Part shown: piece by piece, positions 41,980-51,321 of the stretch
Layout: each line of letters opens with the position of its first letter
Position numbering within the stretch: the first letter of the stretch is position 1
Translations under genes and position numbers: made by a program
Assembly (NCBI GenBank): GCA_027493445.1
Contig: JAOSKU010000001.1
Location: forward strand, 1,878,822-1,942,821
From: Thermoleophilia bacterium
GTDB taxonomy: Bacteria > Actinomycetota > Thermoleophilia > RBG-16-64-13
Reading direction: 5' to 3'
DNA length: 64,000 nucleotides
Notes under the pieces: model-generated
What the model saw: only the letters and a program-made list of their open reading frames with translations
What the model was told of the DNA's origin: nothing
The model's database searches: none

Positions 41980-42719
41980 GCGCGCGGCTGCTTCAGGAGC
42001 ACGAGCAGCGATGCGGCCTCGAGCGTCCCCGTCTTGCCGACCTGCTGGCGGGCCGGATAGCGGAGACCGTCAGAAAAGAGGGTCTGCAAGACGGCGGGCG
42101 TCTCGGTTTTGAGCATGAGCTTCTGGAGCGCTACGACACCAGCCGGGCGGTTCTGCGAGAGGCCTTGCGCATGCTGGAGCGGGACGGAGTGGTGGCCACG
42201 AAACCGGGGCCGCGCGGCGGCGTCTTCGGTAGTACGCCCGACAGCGCCGGCGTCGTCCGCCTACTGGAGCTCTACAGCGACTTCCATGGTGTTCCCTCCG
42301 TCCAGCGCGAGCAGGCCCTGGTCGAGCTCGAGGTAGTGGCAGCTCAGCTGGCCGCCGCGCGCAGAACCAACGCGGACTTGGCCGATCTCAATCGGATCCA
42401 TAGGGCGTCGCTCCGGAGTGGCCGCACTGGGCACGACGCGGGCAGCACGCGGGCCTATCTCGATTTCCACGGAATCATCCTCCGTGCTGCGCACAACTCG
42501 ATCGTGCACCTCCTGCGTAACGCTCTGCTGGATCTCAGCCCCACGCCTCTCTGGGTCCGACCCAAGGATGAAGGCGCAAAGGCCGTGCCCTCCGCGCACC
42601 AGGAGATCCTGGAAGCGATCGCCGAGAGCGACCCTTCTCGCACCGGCTCCTGCATGCGGCGCCACCTCGAGGGGCGTCTGCTCCCTGGCCCTCGACCGGC
42701 CCGGGAAGATCGCGGCTGA
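41976..42719 (+). CDS. GntR-family (FadR/FCD subfamily) transcriptional regulator
   Basis: A GntR wHTH-like region near the N-terminus and a C-terminal FCD-like helical domain. Confidence 0.6.
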   Translation: MSARLLQEHEQRCGLERPRLADLLAGRIAETVRKEGLQDGGRLGFEHELLERYDTSRAVLREALRMLERDGVVATKPGPRGGVFGSTPDSAGVVRLLELYSDFHGVPSVQREQALVELEVVAAQLAAARRTNADLADLNRIHRASLRSGRTGHDAGSTRAYLDFHGIILRAAHNSIVHLLRNALLDLSPTPLWVRPKDEGAKAVPSAHQEILEAIAESDPSRTGSCMRRHLEGRLLPGPRPAREDRG

Positions 42720-43277
42720 ACGCGCGACCGGAGACAGCTGCGGGCAGAGGCGGGCCCAGGGGGCCGCGGGCCGCTTCACCTGGCTCATCAGGAGACGCAA
42801 TGCCGGTTTCCATGACACCACAACACGGCGCGGTCAGCTGTCTGCGTCCTGCTTCCGGAGAGCGACGGCTACTCCAAAGTCCCGCCACCGGCCGGCCGCC
42901 AATTCCCGATGCTGGACGGTCATGGTTCGAGCAGGGCTTCCACGATAGCGACGATCCGGTCGCGGATCACGGGATCGTCCACCCCGCGCGAACGGTTCCC
43001 CTGCAACGGCGGATGTTGATCAGGGAATCGAACTCGATGCGGTCCGGGCCGGGGCCATGATCTCCAGATCCGTGGTCGAAATGGGGTTGTCGATGATCTT
43101 CACCGCCCGAATTTAGCAGGCCTGGGCATCTGTGCGTCGAGGCCACGCTGTCGAGTGCGGCCTGGCCGCCACCGGGAGGCGACGACTCAGCCTTGGAGCA
43201 TATGCCACCATTGACCATAATGAATGCCAAATGGCGACAGTTGGAGAGCCGGCAGCAGTGGGTAGAGGAGCGTAATC

Positions 43278-43733
43278 ATGCCTACGGCCACAGTTGTTCC
43301 CCGATCCCTTCTTTCGGTTGAAGCCCTGCTCGGTGGCCAGGGCGTGTTGCAGGCCAAGCCCCGCTCCTCGATGGATTGGGTGGCGGTCATACGCCGGGGC
43401 ATCCCAGCACCGGCGGTGCAGTCGCTCACGAAGTCACTCCGCATGACCCAGGCCGAACTGGCGACAGCTCTGGGCATCTCCGAGCGCACGTTGGCCCGCC
43501 GGAAGAGGGAGGACACATTCAACAGCGAGGAGTCGGCCAAGCTGGTACGGCTGGCGCGGGTCGTCGAGCGGGCCCAAGAGGTGTTCGAAGACTTCGATGC
43601 GGCCCTGGACTGGGTGAAATCGCCGAATGCGGCCCTGGCCGGTGCGACTCCGCTCAGCCTGCTCGACATCGATATGGGCGCGGAAAGCGTCCTGGACACG
43701 CTGGGACGCATCGAACACGGCGTCTTTGGCTGA
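43278..43733 (+). CDS. ParS/Xre/MbcA-type antitoxin (DUF2384) for RES toxin
   Basis: HTH MTQAELATALGISERTLARRKRE and C-terminal ...ALDWVKSPNAALAGATPLSLLD, the toxin-binding domain. Confidence 0.7.
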   Translation: MPTATVVPRSLLSVEALLGGQGVLQAKPRSSMDWVAVIRRGIPAPAVQSLTKSLRMTQAELATALGISERTLARRKREDTFNSEESAKLVRLARVVERAQEVFEDFDAALDWVKSPNAALAGATPLSLLDIDMGAESVLDTLGRIEHGVFG

Positions 43734-43743
43734 CCGAGGGTCC

Positions 43744-44204
43744 ATGCGCACCGTCTGGCGGTTGGTCACGGCCCGCTTCGCGGAATCGGCCTTCACCGGC
43801 GACGGCGCACGGCTCTACGGTGGGCGCTGGAATCGAAAGGGCGTTGCCCTTGTCTATACGTCCGGCTCCCAATCGTTGGCCATGTTGGAGATGCTGGTAC
43901 AGGACGACCCCCTGCGCGCCCGCTACGTCATGATCCCGGCGACCATCCCCCGAGGAGTCGCGATCGAACGGGTCGCGGTTGAAACCCTTCCCCCCGGCTG
44001 GCGGGAACTCGGGGCCCGCGAGCAGCTGCAGGCCATCGGCTCGGAATGGGCCAAGAGCGGGTCGAGTGCTGTGCTGGCCGTGCCCAGCGCCGTGATCCCC
44101 GCCGAGCATAATTACCTGCTCAACCCCCTGCATCCGCTTTCGCCAAGATCGAGATCGGCGAGCCGCAGACGTTCATCACCGACCTGCGGCTGATCAAGGA
44201 ATGA
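43744..44204 (+). CDS. RES-domain toxin (NAD+ -targeting family), frame broken near the T run 44138-44140
   Basis: R (GGRWN), E (LEMLV) and S motif. The true C-terminus ...NPLHP.FAKIEIGEPQTFITDLRLIKE is recovered after a 1-nt insertion. Confidence 0.7.
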
Positions 44205-44310
44205 GCGCAGGGCAAAGATGGCCCCCTGGAACGGGCTGGCGGAATCGCTGCGATCTCGACCGGCCCCCGGGGTTCCCTTCCAGTCGCCATGGCGGGCCCA
44301 CGAGACATAT

Positions 44311-44338
44311 TTGGCAGCAAAGCTTTCAGTGCTAGCAT
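44311..44338 (+). promoter_or_regulatory. sigma70-like promoter candidate. TTGGCA, 16-nt spacer, TAGCAT
   Basis: It lies about 40 nt upstream of the AGGAGG RBS of the RHH antitoxin gene. Confidence 0.3.
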
Positions 44339-44380
44339 GATGGTGGCCCCAGCCATCCGGAGGAGGCGCACCTGGCCGTC

Positions 44381-44563
44381 TTGACAATACGCGGCCTGCC
44401 TGAAGAGGTGCGCGGCCTCCTGCGCCTGCGGGTCGCCAAAGCGGGCCGCAGTACGGAGGCGGAGGTCCGCGCCATCCTGGTGGAGGCCAAGATCCCCGCC
44501 TACACGGCCGATGGCGCCTGGCTATCCCTGGACACGGGCATCCGCGTGAAGACCATCCGGTGA
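44381..44563 (+). CDS. ribbon-helix-helix antitoxin (FitA/VapB, Arc/MetJ-like), with no cognate toxin gene adjacent
   Basis: (M)TIRGLPEEVRGLLRLRVAKAGRSTEAEVRAIL matches the LTIRNLDDEL..RLR.RAA.HGRSMEEEVR.IL consensus. TTG start. Confidence 0.55.
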   Translation: MTIRGLPEEVRGLLRLRVAKAGRSTEAEVRAILVEAKIPAYTADGAWLSLDTGIRVKTIR

Positions 44564-44593
44564 GACAGGCGAAATCGCGCATCCACCATCGGA

Positions 44594-47365
44594 TCAGCTT
44601 GGTTCGCCCGTCACCGTCACACTTCCCTTCTGGATCCAGCCCGAGTCCAGCCCGCCGTCGTCTTCGGCGCGCAGCCACACGGTCTTCTGACCGAGGAAGG
44701 TGCTCTTGAAAGTCATGGACACCGCGAGCGTGAGGGGGGTGCCCGACTTGACCATGGAGCTCTGAGCGAGATCGATGGCCACCCGCTCGTTCTCCAGAGT
44801 ACCGGTTGTGCCCAAGGTGCCGCTCAACCAGGCCGTGTTGGCCGCGTTTCGCAGAAAGATCTTGTTGCGGTTCTCGTCTAGGTAGATGTACACCCCGCCG
44901 ACCCCGGTGATCGCCGTGCCCACGATCATCCGCATCCGCTTCAGGTTGGTCGCCCCGTTGGGATCGGCAAAGACGGCGGTGAAGATCTGGGCCTGCCCGG
45001 CCGGTAGATCTGCGAGCACGGCCGGATCCAAGGAGACGACCGCGGGCGCGCCCGTGGGCGCGTCGGCGGCAAAGGAGGCCGCGATGGTGTGATCGGCGCC
45101 GATGTCGGCGAAGTCGTAGGTGCCGATCGGCCCCACCGAGGCTCCGTCCACCACCACGTCGGAGATGTGGTAGCCGGCGTCGGGGGTGATGGTGAAGGTC
45201 AGGGAGGCCCCCGGGTTCACCGTCTGGGCGGTCGCCGGGGATATCTGACCGCCGGGGCCGGCGGAGGGGGTGATGGTGTAGGTGGTCGCGGCGGCGGCAA
45301 AGGAGGCCGCGATGGTGTGATCGGCGCCGATGTCGGCGAAGTCGTAGGTGCCGACCGGCCCCACCGAGGCTCCGTCCACCACCACGTCGGAGATGTGGTA
45401 GCCAGCGTCGGGGGTGATGGTGAAGGTCAGGGAGGCCCCCGGGTTCACCGTCTGGGCGGTCGCCGGGGATATCTGACCGCCGGGGCCGGCGGAGGGGGTG
45501 ATGGTGTAGGTGGTCGCGGCGGGCGCCGCGGTCACCGTCACACTTCCCTTCTGGATCCAGCCCGAGTCCAGCCCGCCGTCGTCTTCGGCGCGCAGCCACA
45601 CGGTCTTCTGACCGAGGAAGGTGCTCTTGAAAGTCATGGACACCGCGAGCGTGAGGGTGGTGCCCGACTTGACCATGGAGCTCTGAGCGAGATCGATGGC
45701 CACCCGCTCGTTCTCCAGAGTACCGGTTGTGCCCAAGGTGCCGCTCAACCAGGCCGTGTTGGCCGCGTTTCGCAGAAAGATCTTGTTGCGGTTCTCGTCT
45801 AGGTAGATGTACACCCCGCCGACCCCGGTGATCGCCGTGCCCACGATCATCCGCATCCGCTTCAGGTTGGTCGCCCCGTTGGGATCGGCAAAGACGGCGG
45901 TGAAGATCTGGGCCTGCCCGGCCGGTAGATCTGCGAGCACGGCCGGATCCAAGGAGACGACCGCGGGCGCGCCCGTGGGCGCGTCGGCGGCAAAGGAGGC
46001 CGCGATGGTGTGATCGGCGCCGATGTCGGCGAAGTCGTAGGTGCCGATCGGCCCCACCGAGGCTCCGTCCACCACCACGTCGGAGATGTGGTAGCCGGCG
46101 TCGGGGGTGATGGTGAAGGTCAGGGAGGCCCCCGGGTTCACCGTCTGGGCGGTCGCCGGGGATATCTGACCGCCGGGGCCGGCGGAGGGGGTGATGGTGT
46201 AGGTGGTCGCGGCGGCGGCAAAGGAGGCCGCGATGGTGTGATCGGCGCCGATGTCGGCGAAGTCGTAGGTGCCGACCGGCCCCACCGAGGCTCCGTCCAC
46301 CACCACGTCGGAGATGTGGTAGCCAGCGTCGGGGGTGATGGTGAAGGTCAGGGAGGCCCCCGGGTTCACCGTCTGGGCGGTCGCCGGGGATATCTGACCG
46401 CCGGGGCCGGCGGAGGGGGTGATGGTGTAGGTGGTGCCCGTGACCTGGACCACGTAGGTGTCGCCGCCCCCCATGTCAGCGTAGTCGCTGGGGGACACCT
46501 CTACGAGCACCGTTCCCGCCGCGTCCATGACGCGGAGGCGGTCCAAGGGAAAGAGCAGGCTCTGGCAATCGACCACCGCTGCCCCAGCGCTCTCAGTGGC
46601 TGAGGCCGTCTTTCCGCCCGAGGCGGCCTCCACCAATCCCCCGGCGGGAACTCCCTGGACCGTGACGTGATAGTCGGTGCGGGCCTCGAGCCAATCTGCG
46701 TCACCCGCCTTGGTGCTCGTCCCCCATCCGACCCGGTCAACAGCAACTTCGTTGTGGAGCCCTGCATCGACGACACCGTCGAGGCTGGAGCCGAAGCGCG
46801 CCACGATATGCCCGGTCTCGGTCTTGAGCAGCCTCGCGTGAGTGTAGACGTCCGCCGTCATGGGTTCAGCGCTGGACACGCCCAAATCGGTGGACGTGCC
46901 GCCGGAGTAACGGCCGACACTCCAAGGCCCCCCGGGAGTGTTCACGTCGTATTCTAGGCGGTACCCGGCCCAGTTGTTCGAGCCTGACTTCGCGGTGGCA
47001 TGCGCCAGATACAGGTAGATATTCCCGCCATTCGCGGGGTCGGTATTCCGAGTCCGCGCGGTCACCACTCGCGCGCCCGTCTGCCCGAGACGGGCCACCT
47101 TGTCTGATGTAGTTGTGTTGTGGACCAGCGCACCCCCCGTGACTGCGAAACCCGTGAGTGATCTGATCGCCTGGTAGTTGAGGAGGGTGTCGCTGTCGAA
47201 ATCATCGAGCTCGATGAGTCCGGATGAGAGACGGGTCATCGTGGCCGTGGCTGCAAGCGCCGGAGTCGCCGCGACTCCGATGGCCGCCAGCAGCACGATC
47301 ACCAGAACCACGGCCACCTGGCCGGAGTGCCGCCAAGTGCGCCGAAAAGCCGCTGCCAGTGTCAT
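44594..47365 (-). CDS. secreted cell-surface protein. It has four divergent InlB-B-repeat (PF18998-like) domains and two copies of an unknown ~140-aa domain
   Basis: Signal peptide MTLAAAFRRTWRHSGQVAVVLVIVLLAAIGVAATPALA. Four repeats of TYTITPSAGPGGQISPATAQTVNPGASLTFTITPDAGYHISDVVVDGASVGP.GTYDFADIGADHTIAASF. SD GAGGAGG before ATG 47365. The ORF is open to 47398. Confidence 0.7.
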   Translation of the reverse strand: MTLAAAFRRTWRHSGQVAVVLVIVLLAAIGVAATPALAATATMTRLSSGLIELDDFDSDTLLNYQAIRSLTGFAVTGGALVHNTTTSDKVARLGQTGARVVTARTRNTDPANGGNIYLYLAHATAKSGSNNWAGYRLEYDVNTPGGPWSVGRYSGGTSTDLGVSSAEPMTADVYTHARLLKTETGHIVARFGSSLDGVVDAGLHNEVAVDRVGWGTSTKAGDADWLEARTDYHVTVQGVPAGGLVEAASGGKTASATESAGAAVVDCQSLLFPLDRLRVMDAAGTVLVEVSPSDYADMGGGDTYVVQVTGTTYTITPSAGPGGQISPATAQTVNPGASLTFTITPDAGYHISDVVVDGASVGPVGTYDFADIGADHTIAASFAAAATTYTITPSAGPGGQISPATAQTVNPGASLTFTITPDAGYHISDVVVDGASVGPIGTYDFADIGADHTIAASFAADAPTGAPAVVSLDPAVLADLPAGQAQIFTAVFADPNGATNLKRMRMIVGTAITGVGGVYIYLDENRNKIFLRNAANTAWLSGTLGTTGTLENERVAIDLAQSSMVKSGTTLTLAVSMTFKSTFLGQKTVWLRAEDDGGLDSGWIQKGSVTVTAAPAATTYTITPSAGPGGQISPATAQTVNPGASLTFTITPDAGYHISDVVVDGASVGPVGTYDFADIGADHTIAASFAAAATTYTITPSAGPGGQISPATAQTVNPGASLTFTITPDAGYHISDVVVDGASVGPIGTYDFADIGADHTIAASFAADAPTGAPAVVSLDPAVLADLPAGQAQIFTAVFADPNGATNLKRMRMIVGTAITGVGGVYIYLDENRNKIFLRNAANTAWLSGTLGTTGTLENERVAIDLAQSSMVKSGTPLTLAVSMTFKSTFLGQKTVWLRAEDDGGLDSGWIQKGSVTVTGEPS
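44612..46447. repeat. direct tandem duplication of 2 x 921 bp, near-identical (one substitution seen, at 44733 vs 45654)
   Basis: 44886-45092 and 45807-46013 translate identically on the opposite strand. Copy boundaries lie at GTCACCGTCACACTTCCC, about 44612 and 45533. Confidence 0.85.
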
Positions 47366-47666
47366 CGAGCCACCTCCTCGGAACAGGGAGCCTTGCATGC
47401 GCCCATCCTGTTCTCGGTTTCCCAGCGCCCACCCCAGCCGGTGGCCGCGAGAGACCGAACCGTGCGAAGCGCTTCAAACGCGCTCTCGACAGATCCTCGC
47501 CGTACCTTTTCTTATACCATAGAGGAGCACAGGCCGGATGGGAAACTCGAACTCTTACCTTTCGCCTCCACCCCACCTTTACTTCCCCGCGAAGCAGTAC
47601 TAGCATGGCGGGTAGGGCGTCGATGCTCCGTAGTCCCGCACCTGGACCTGGGAAGGAGGTGCTGCG

Positions 47667-47942
47667 GTGTCGGAAGAAGAGCTCGGGGCGGAACAGGAGA
47701 TCGGGGTTGTCACCCACTACTTCAGCAGGATAGGCGTGGGAGCCATCCGGCTGATAGGCGGGACTCTGAGGCTGGGTGACTCCATCCACATCCTCGGCCA
47801 CACCACCGACCTCGAACAGGTGGTGGAGTCCATGGAGATCGAGCACCAGCTGGTGACCGAGGCGCAGACCGGCCAGGAAGTGGGCATCCGAGTCTTGGAC
47901 CACGTACGCGACCACGACAAGGTCTTCAAGGTGATCGAGTAG
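47667..47942 (+). CDS. translation-elongation-factor-like small beta-barrel protein (EF-Tu domain-2-like)
   Basis: EIGVVTHYFSRIGVGAIRLIGGTLRLGDSIHILGHTTD...VESMEIEHQLV resembles the 90-aa elongation-factor-like proteins. Confidence 0.45.
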   Translation: MSEEELGAEQEIGVVTHYFSRIGVGAIRLIGGTLRLGDSIHILGHTTDLEQVVESMEIEHQLVTEAQTGQEVGIRVLDHVRDHDKVFKVIE

Positions 47943-47984
47943 CCGCCAGGGCGGCGACAGCGGCCGGCCTAGCGGGCGCAGCGC

Positions 47985-50354
47985 TTGCCCGCGGGGGTGG
48001 GCACTCGCTACAGTGAGCGGGTGACCACCTCTTCCTCAGTATCCCGCTCCACCCGCGGGCGCCTCGGTCTGGGCCTGGCCGCCTTCCTGGCGGCCGTAGA
48101 GCTGGGCCTGGCCTTCCGCGCCGGGTCGTACTTCCCCCGTTCGTGGTTGCCCCTGGCCCTGGCGGTCGCCGCGGTCGCGTTGGTGCTGGTGGGCTTCGGA
48201 CCGCGCCCTCACTTCAGCCGAGGGCAGGCTTTGCTGCTGGGGGCGTTCGGTCTGCAGGCTGTCTGGACCGGCGTGAGCCTGGCCTGGGCCGGCAGCTCCA
48301 CCAACGCCTGGCAGGAAGCGGACCGGACCCTGCTCTACGTGATCGGTGTGGGTTTGGCCGCCCTCGCCGTGCGCTGGGCCGGCAGCCGGGGTCTACGCTG
48401 GCTGGCGGCTCTGCTCTTGGGAGCCATCGGCGTGGTGGCCCTGGCCACGCTCGGGCGGCTGGCCGCAGGAAGCGAGCTCGTACGGCTCTTCACGGGCGGG
48501 CGCCTGCAGTACCCGGTGACCTACTGGAACGGCCTGGCCGCCCTGCTCATGATGGGTTTCTGGCTGGCGCTGGGGCTGAGCACCGCTCCCCGGCGGGCGT
48601 GGTGGCGGCAGGCCCTGCTCCTGGGGACAGCGGTGGCCCTGGCCGAGGTGGCGCTGCTGCCTCAGTCCCGGGGAGCCCTCTGGAGCTTCTTCCTGGTTGC
48701 GCCCTGGCTGCTGGTACTGAGCGCCCACCGCTTCCGGGCGGTGGCCAACCTGGGCTTCGTCTGCCTCACGGTGGCGCTGGCCTGGCCCAAGCTGATCGGA
48801 GTGTTCCAGCCGGCCCGGCTGGCGGCTCGAGGAGGGGGCGCGCAGGCGGGCGCAGCCGGGGTCGTTCCCCTGCCTACGGCGGTGGAACAGGCGTTGCTGG
48901 CGTTGCTGCTTTCGGTGCTGGCCGCGGCGGCCTTCGGAGCAGTGAGCACGCTGGTGGAGGCCCGCCTCTCCCCCCTCGAGCGCCGCTGGGCGCGGGCCAT
49001 CGGCGCCGGACTGGTGATGATGGCCCTGGTGGTGGCCGGCTTCGGGGTGGTGGGTCTGCAGCGGGCCAAGGGCGACCTGAGCGAACTAGCTCGCGACACG
49101 TGGAGTCAGGTGGCCGCAGACCGAGGGCCGGGGGGAGAGACGAGCTCCCGTTTCAGCGACGTAGGGCTGAATGGCCGCCTCGAGCAGTGGCGTATCGCTT
49201 GGCGGGCCTTCGAGGAGCAGCCCCTGCTGGGCTTGGGCGCCCAGAACTACGAGTTCTACTTCTTCCAGCACCGCACCACGGGGTTGGCGGTGCGCCAGCC
49301 GCACAGCCAACCGATGCAGCTGCTGTCGGAGCTGGGACTGCCGGGGGCGGCCCTGTGGCTGCTCTTCGTGGGCGGCGTGCTGATCCGCGGGACGCGTGTG
49401 CGCTTCCGGATGACCCGGGGAGTGAACCGGGCGGCGGTCACGGCCGCTCTGCTGGCGGTGGGCTCTTGGTTCATCCACTCCTCGGCCGACTGGCTCTGGC
49501 AGCTGGGGGGAGTCTCCTGGCCGGCGGTGCTCTTGCTGGGCGGACTGCTGGCGGTGAGGAGCGGGGAGACGGAGACCGGGACGCGCGAAGCGAGCGGGGG
49601 ACGCAGAGCCGGCGGCCGCGGGGCCGCGGAGGGGAGCGGAGCGGGCGGGAGCGGAGCGGGCGGGCGGATACTACAGGGCGTGGTGATCACGACGGCGGCG
49701 GCGCTGCTGGTGTCGGGCTCGGTCTCTTACCTTTCGCTGCGCTACTTGGCTCTGGCCTCGGCGGGCAATGGCACGCCCGAACAGGCACTCGCGGCGACTC
49801 ACACCGCCGGACAGCTGGATCCATTCACACCTGAGGGAGCGATGGCCGAGGCCCAGGTGTATCGGGAGGCGGCCCGGGCAGCGGCCGCCTCATCGGGTCC
49901 CGCCCGGGCCTGGGCGGCTCTGGACAACCTGGCCCTGGCAGCCGCCGCCCGGCAACGGGCGGCCGAACGCGAGCCACTGAGCTGGTTCATCGCCTACCAG
50001 ACCGGCCTCGCCCTGCTTGAGTACCGGGAGGCGGCCATCGAGGCGGGCGCACTCGACGCCCCAGGGGATGGGCCGCTCGACTCCGGCTCCGGCGAGGCGC
50101 CGGCCGCGGGGGCTTGGTCGTTGCTCCGCGGCCTCGCCCGATCCCCAGCCGCCGGTCCGGGAGAAGCCCCGGGCTCGCTGGCCTCCACGCAGGACCGCCG
50201 CGAGACGGTGGCGCGCTTCCGGGCGCTCACCCAACGGGAACTGACCGACCTGGCCCTCTCCTACCTGGAGCAGGCCGAAGGACTGAACCCCAGGGAGCAG
50301 CTGGTGAGCCGGGCCGTCGAGCGCAGCCGTGGAGGGGAGCCGAGTGAGCACTGA
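47985..50354 (+). CDS. O-antigen ligase family (Wzy_C) polytopic membrane protein with a ~300-aa Ala-rich, TPR-like C-terminal extension
   Basis: Wzy_C hallmark NYEFYFFQHRTTGLAVRQPHSQPMQLLSELGLPGAALWLL. About 10 TM helices. Confidence 0.65.
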   Translation: MPAGVGTRYSERVTTSSSVSRSTRGRLGLGLAAFLAAVELGLAFRAGSYFPRSWLPLALAVAAVALVLVGFGPRPHFSRGQALLLGAFGLQAVWTGVSLAWAGSSTNAWQEADRTLLYVIGVGLAALAVRWAGSRGLRWLAALLLGAIGVVALATLGRLAAGSELVRLFTGGRLQYPVTYWNGLAALLMMGFWLALGLSTAPRRAWWRQALLLGTAVALAEVALLPQSRGALWSFFLVAPWLLVLSAHRFRAVANLGFVCLTVALAWPKLIGVFQPARLAARGGGAQAGAAGVVPLPTAVEQALLALLLSVLAAAAFGAVSTLVEARLSPLERRWARAIGAGLVMMALVVAGFGVVGLQRAKGDLSELARDTWSQVAADRGPGGETSSRFSDVGLNGRLEQWRIAWRAFEEQPLLGLGAQNYEFYFFQHRTTGLAVRQPHSQPMQLLSELGLPGAALWLLFVGGVLIRGTRVRFRMTRGVNRAAVTAALLAVGSWFIHSSADWLWQLGGVSWPAVLLLGGLLAVRSGETETGTREASGGRRAGGRGAAEGSGAGGSGAGGRILQGVVITTAAALLVSGSVSYLSLRYLALASAGNGTPEQALAATHTAGQLDPFTPEGAMAEAQVYREAARAAAASSGPARAWAALDNLALAAAARQRAAEREPLSWFIAYQTGLALLEYREAAIEAGALDAPGDGPLDSGSGEAPAAGAWSLLRGLARSPAAGPGEAPGSLASTQDRRETVARFRALTQRELTDLALSYLEQAEGLNPREQLVSRAVERSRGGEPSEH

Positions 50355-50385
50355 AGAGTCCGGCCCCTCCGGGCAGGCTGACCCC

Positions 50386-51306
50386 ATGACCGCCCGCGCA
50401 CCTGACACCGGCGCACCACCGCCACCCAGCACCGCGGACCTCCCGGCCGCCCTGGAACTGCCTCAGCCGACCGCCCTGGTCGGCGTGGCCGGGACGCCGC
50501 CGGCCGGCGCGCCGTGGCCCACGGTCGCGCCGCCCGCACGCCTGGCCCCCGGAATCGCGGACCGCCTGCGCGACAGGCGCCCGGCCCTATTCCTCGATTA
50601 CGACGGCACCCTCACCCCCATCGTGTCCCGTCCCGAGCTGGCCCGACTGGCCCCCGAGACTCGGGAGGCGGTGCGCGCCCTGGCCACCGCCGGACATCCG
50701 GTGGCCGTGGTCAGCGGACGAGATCTCGACGACGTGCGCGCTCTGGTCAACCTGCCCCAGCTGGTCTACGCGGGCAGCCACGGGTTCGACATCGCCGGGC
50801 CGGGCGGCCTGCGTCTGCAGCACCCCGAAGCCCTGCGGCTCCTGCCCCACCTGGACGGCGCCCAGGATCTCCTCGCCGCCCGCCTGGCCGGCGTGCCTGG
50901 CGTACAGATCGAGCGCAAGCGTTTCAGCCTGGCGGTCCACTACCGGCAGGTCGCACCCGGGAACATACCGGCCCTGGAGCAGGCCGTGGCCGAAGCCGCC
51001 CACCCCGGCCTGCGCCGCGCCGGGGGCAAGATGGTCTTCGAGCTGCAACCGGCCCTCGACTGGCACAAGGGCCGAGCGGTGGAGTGGGTGCTCGATTCCC
51101 TGGACCTGAACCGTCCCCAGATCCTGCCCCTCTACCTGGGTGACGACCTCACCGACGAGGACGCGTTCCGCGCCCTGCAAGGGCGCGGCCTGGGCATCGT
51201 GGTACGGGACCAACCGCCCCGGCCCACGGCCGCCGACTACGCCTTGGCCGATCCCGCGGAGGTGCGTCTGTTCCTCGAGGCGCTCGCCCGGGTCTGGCCG
51301 GGGTAG
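50386..51306 (+). CDS. otsB: trehalose-6-phosphate phosphatase (HAD-IIB)
   Basis: LFLDYDGTLTPIV, VAVVSGRDLDDV and LGDDLTDEDAF. The ORF is open from 50329 and overlaps the upstream gene. Confidence 0.7.
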   Translation: MTARAPDTGAPPPPSTADLPAALELPQPTALVGVAGTPPAGAPWPTVAPPARLAPGIADRLRDRRPALFLDYDGTLTPIVSRPELARLAPETREAVRALATAGHPVAVVSGRDLDDVRALVNLPQLVYAGSHGFDIAGPGGLRLQHPEALRLLPHLDGAQDLLAARLAGVPGVQIERKRFSLAVHYRQVAPGNIPALEQAVAEAAHPGLRRAGGKMVFELQPALDWHKGRAVEWVLDSLDLNRPQILPLYLGDDLTDEDAFRALQGRGLGIVVRDQPPRPTAADYALADPAEVRLFLEALARVWPG

Positions 51307-51321
51307 TCAAGAGCCGGGCGC

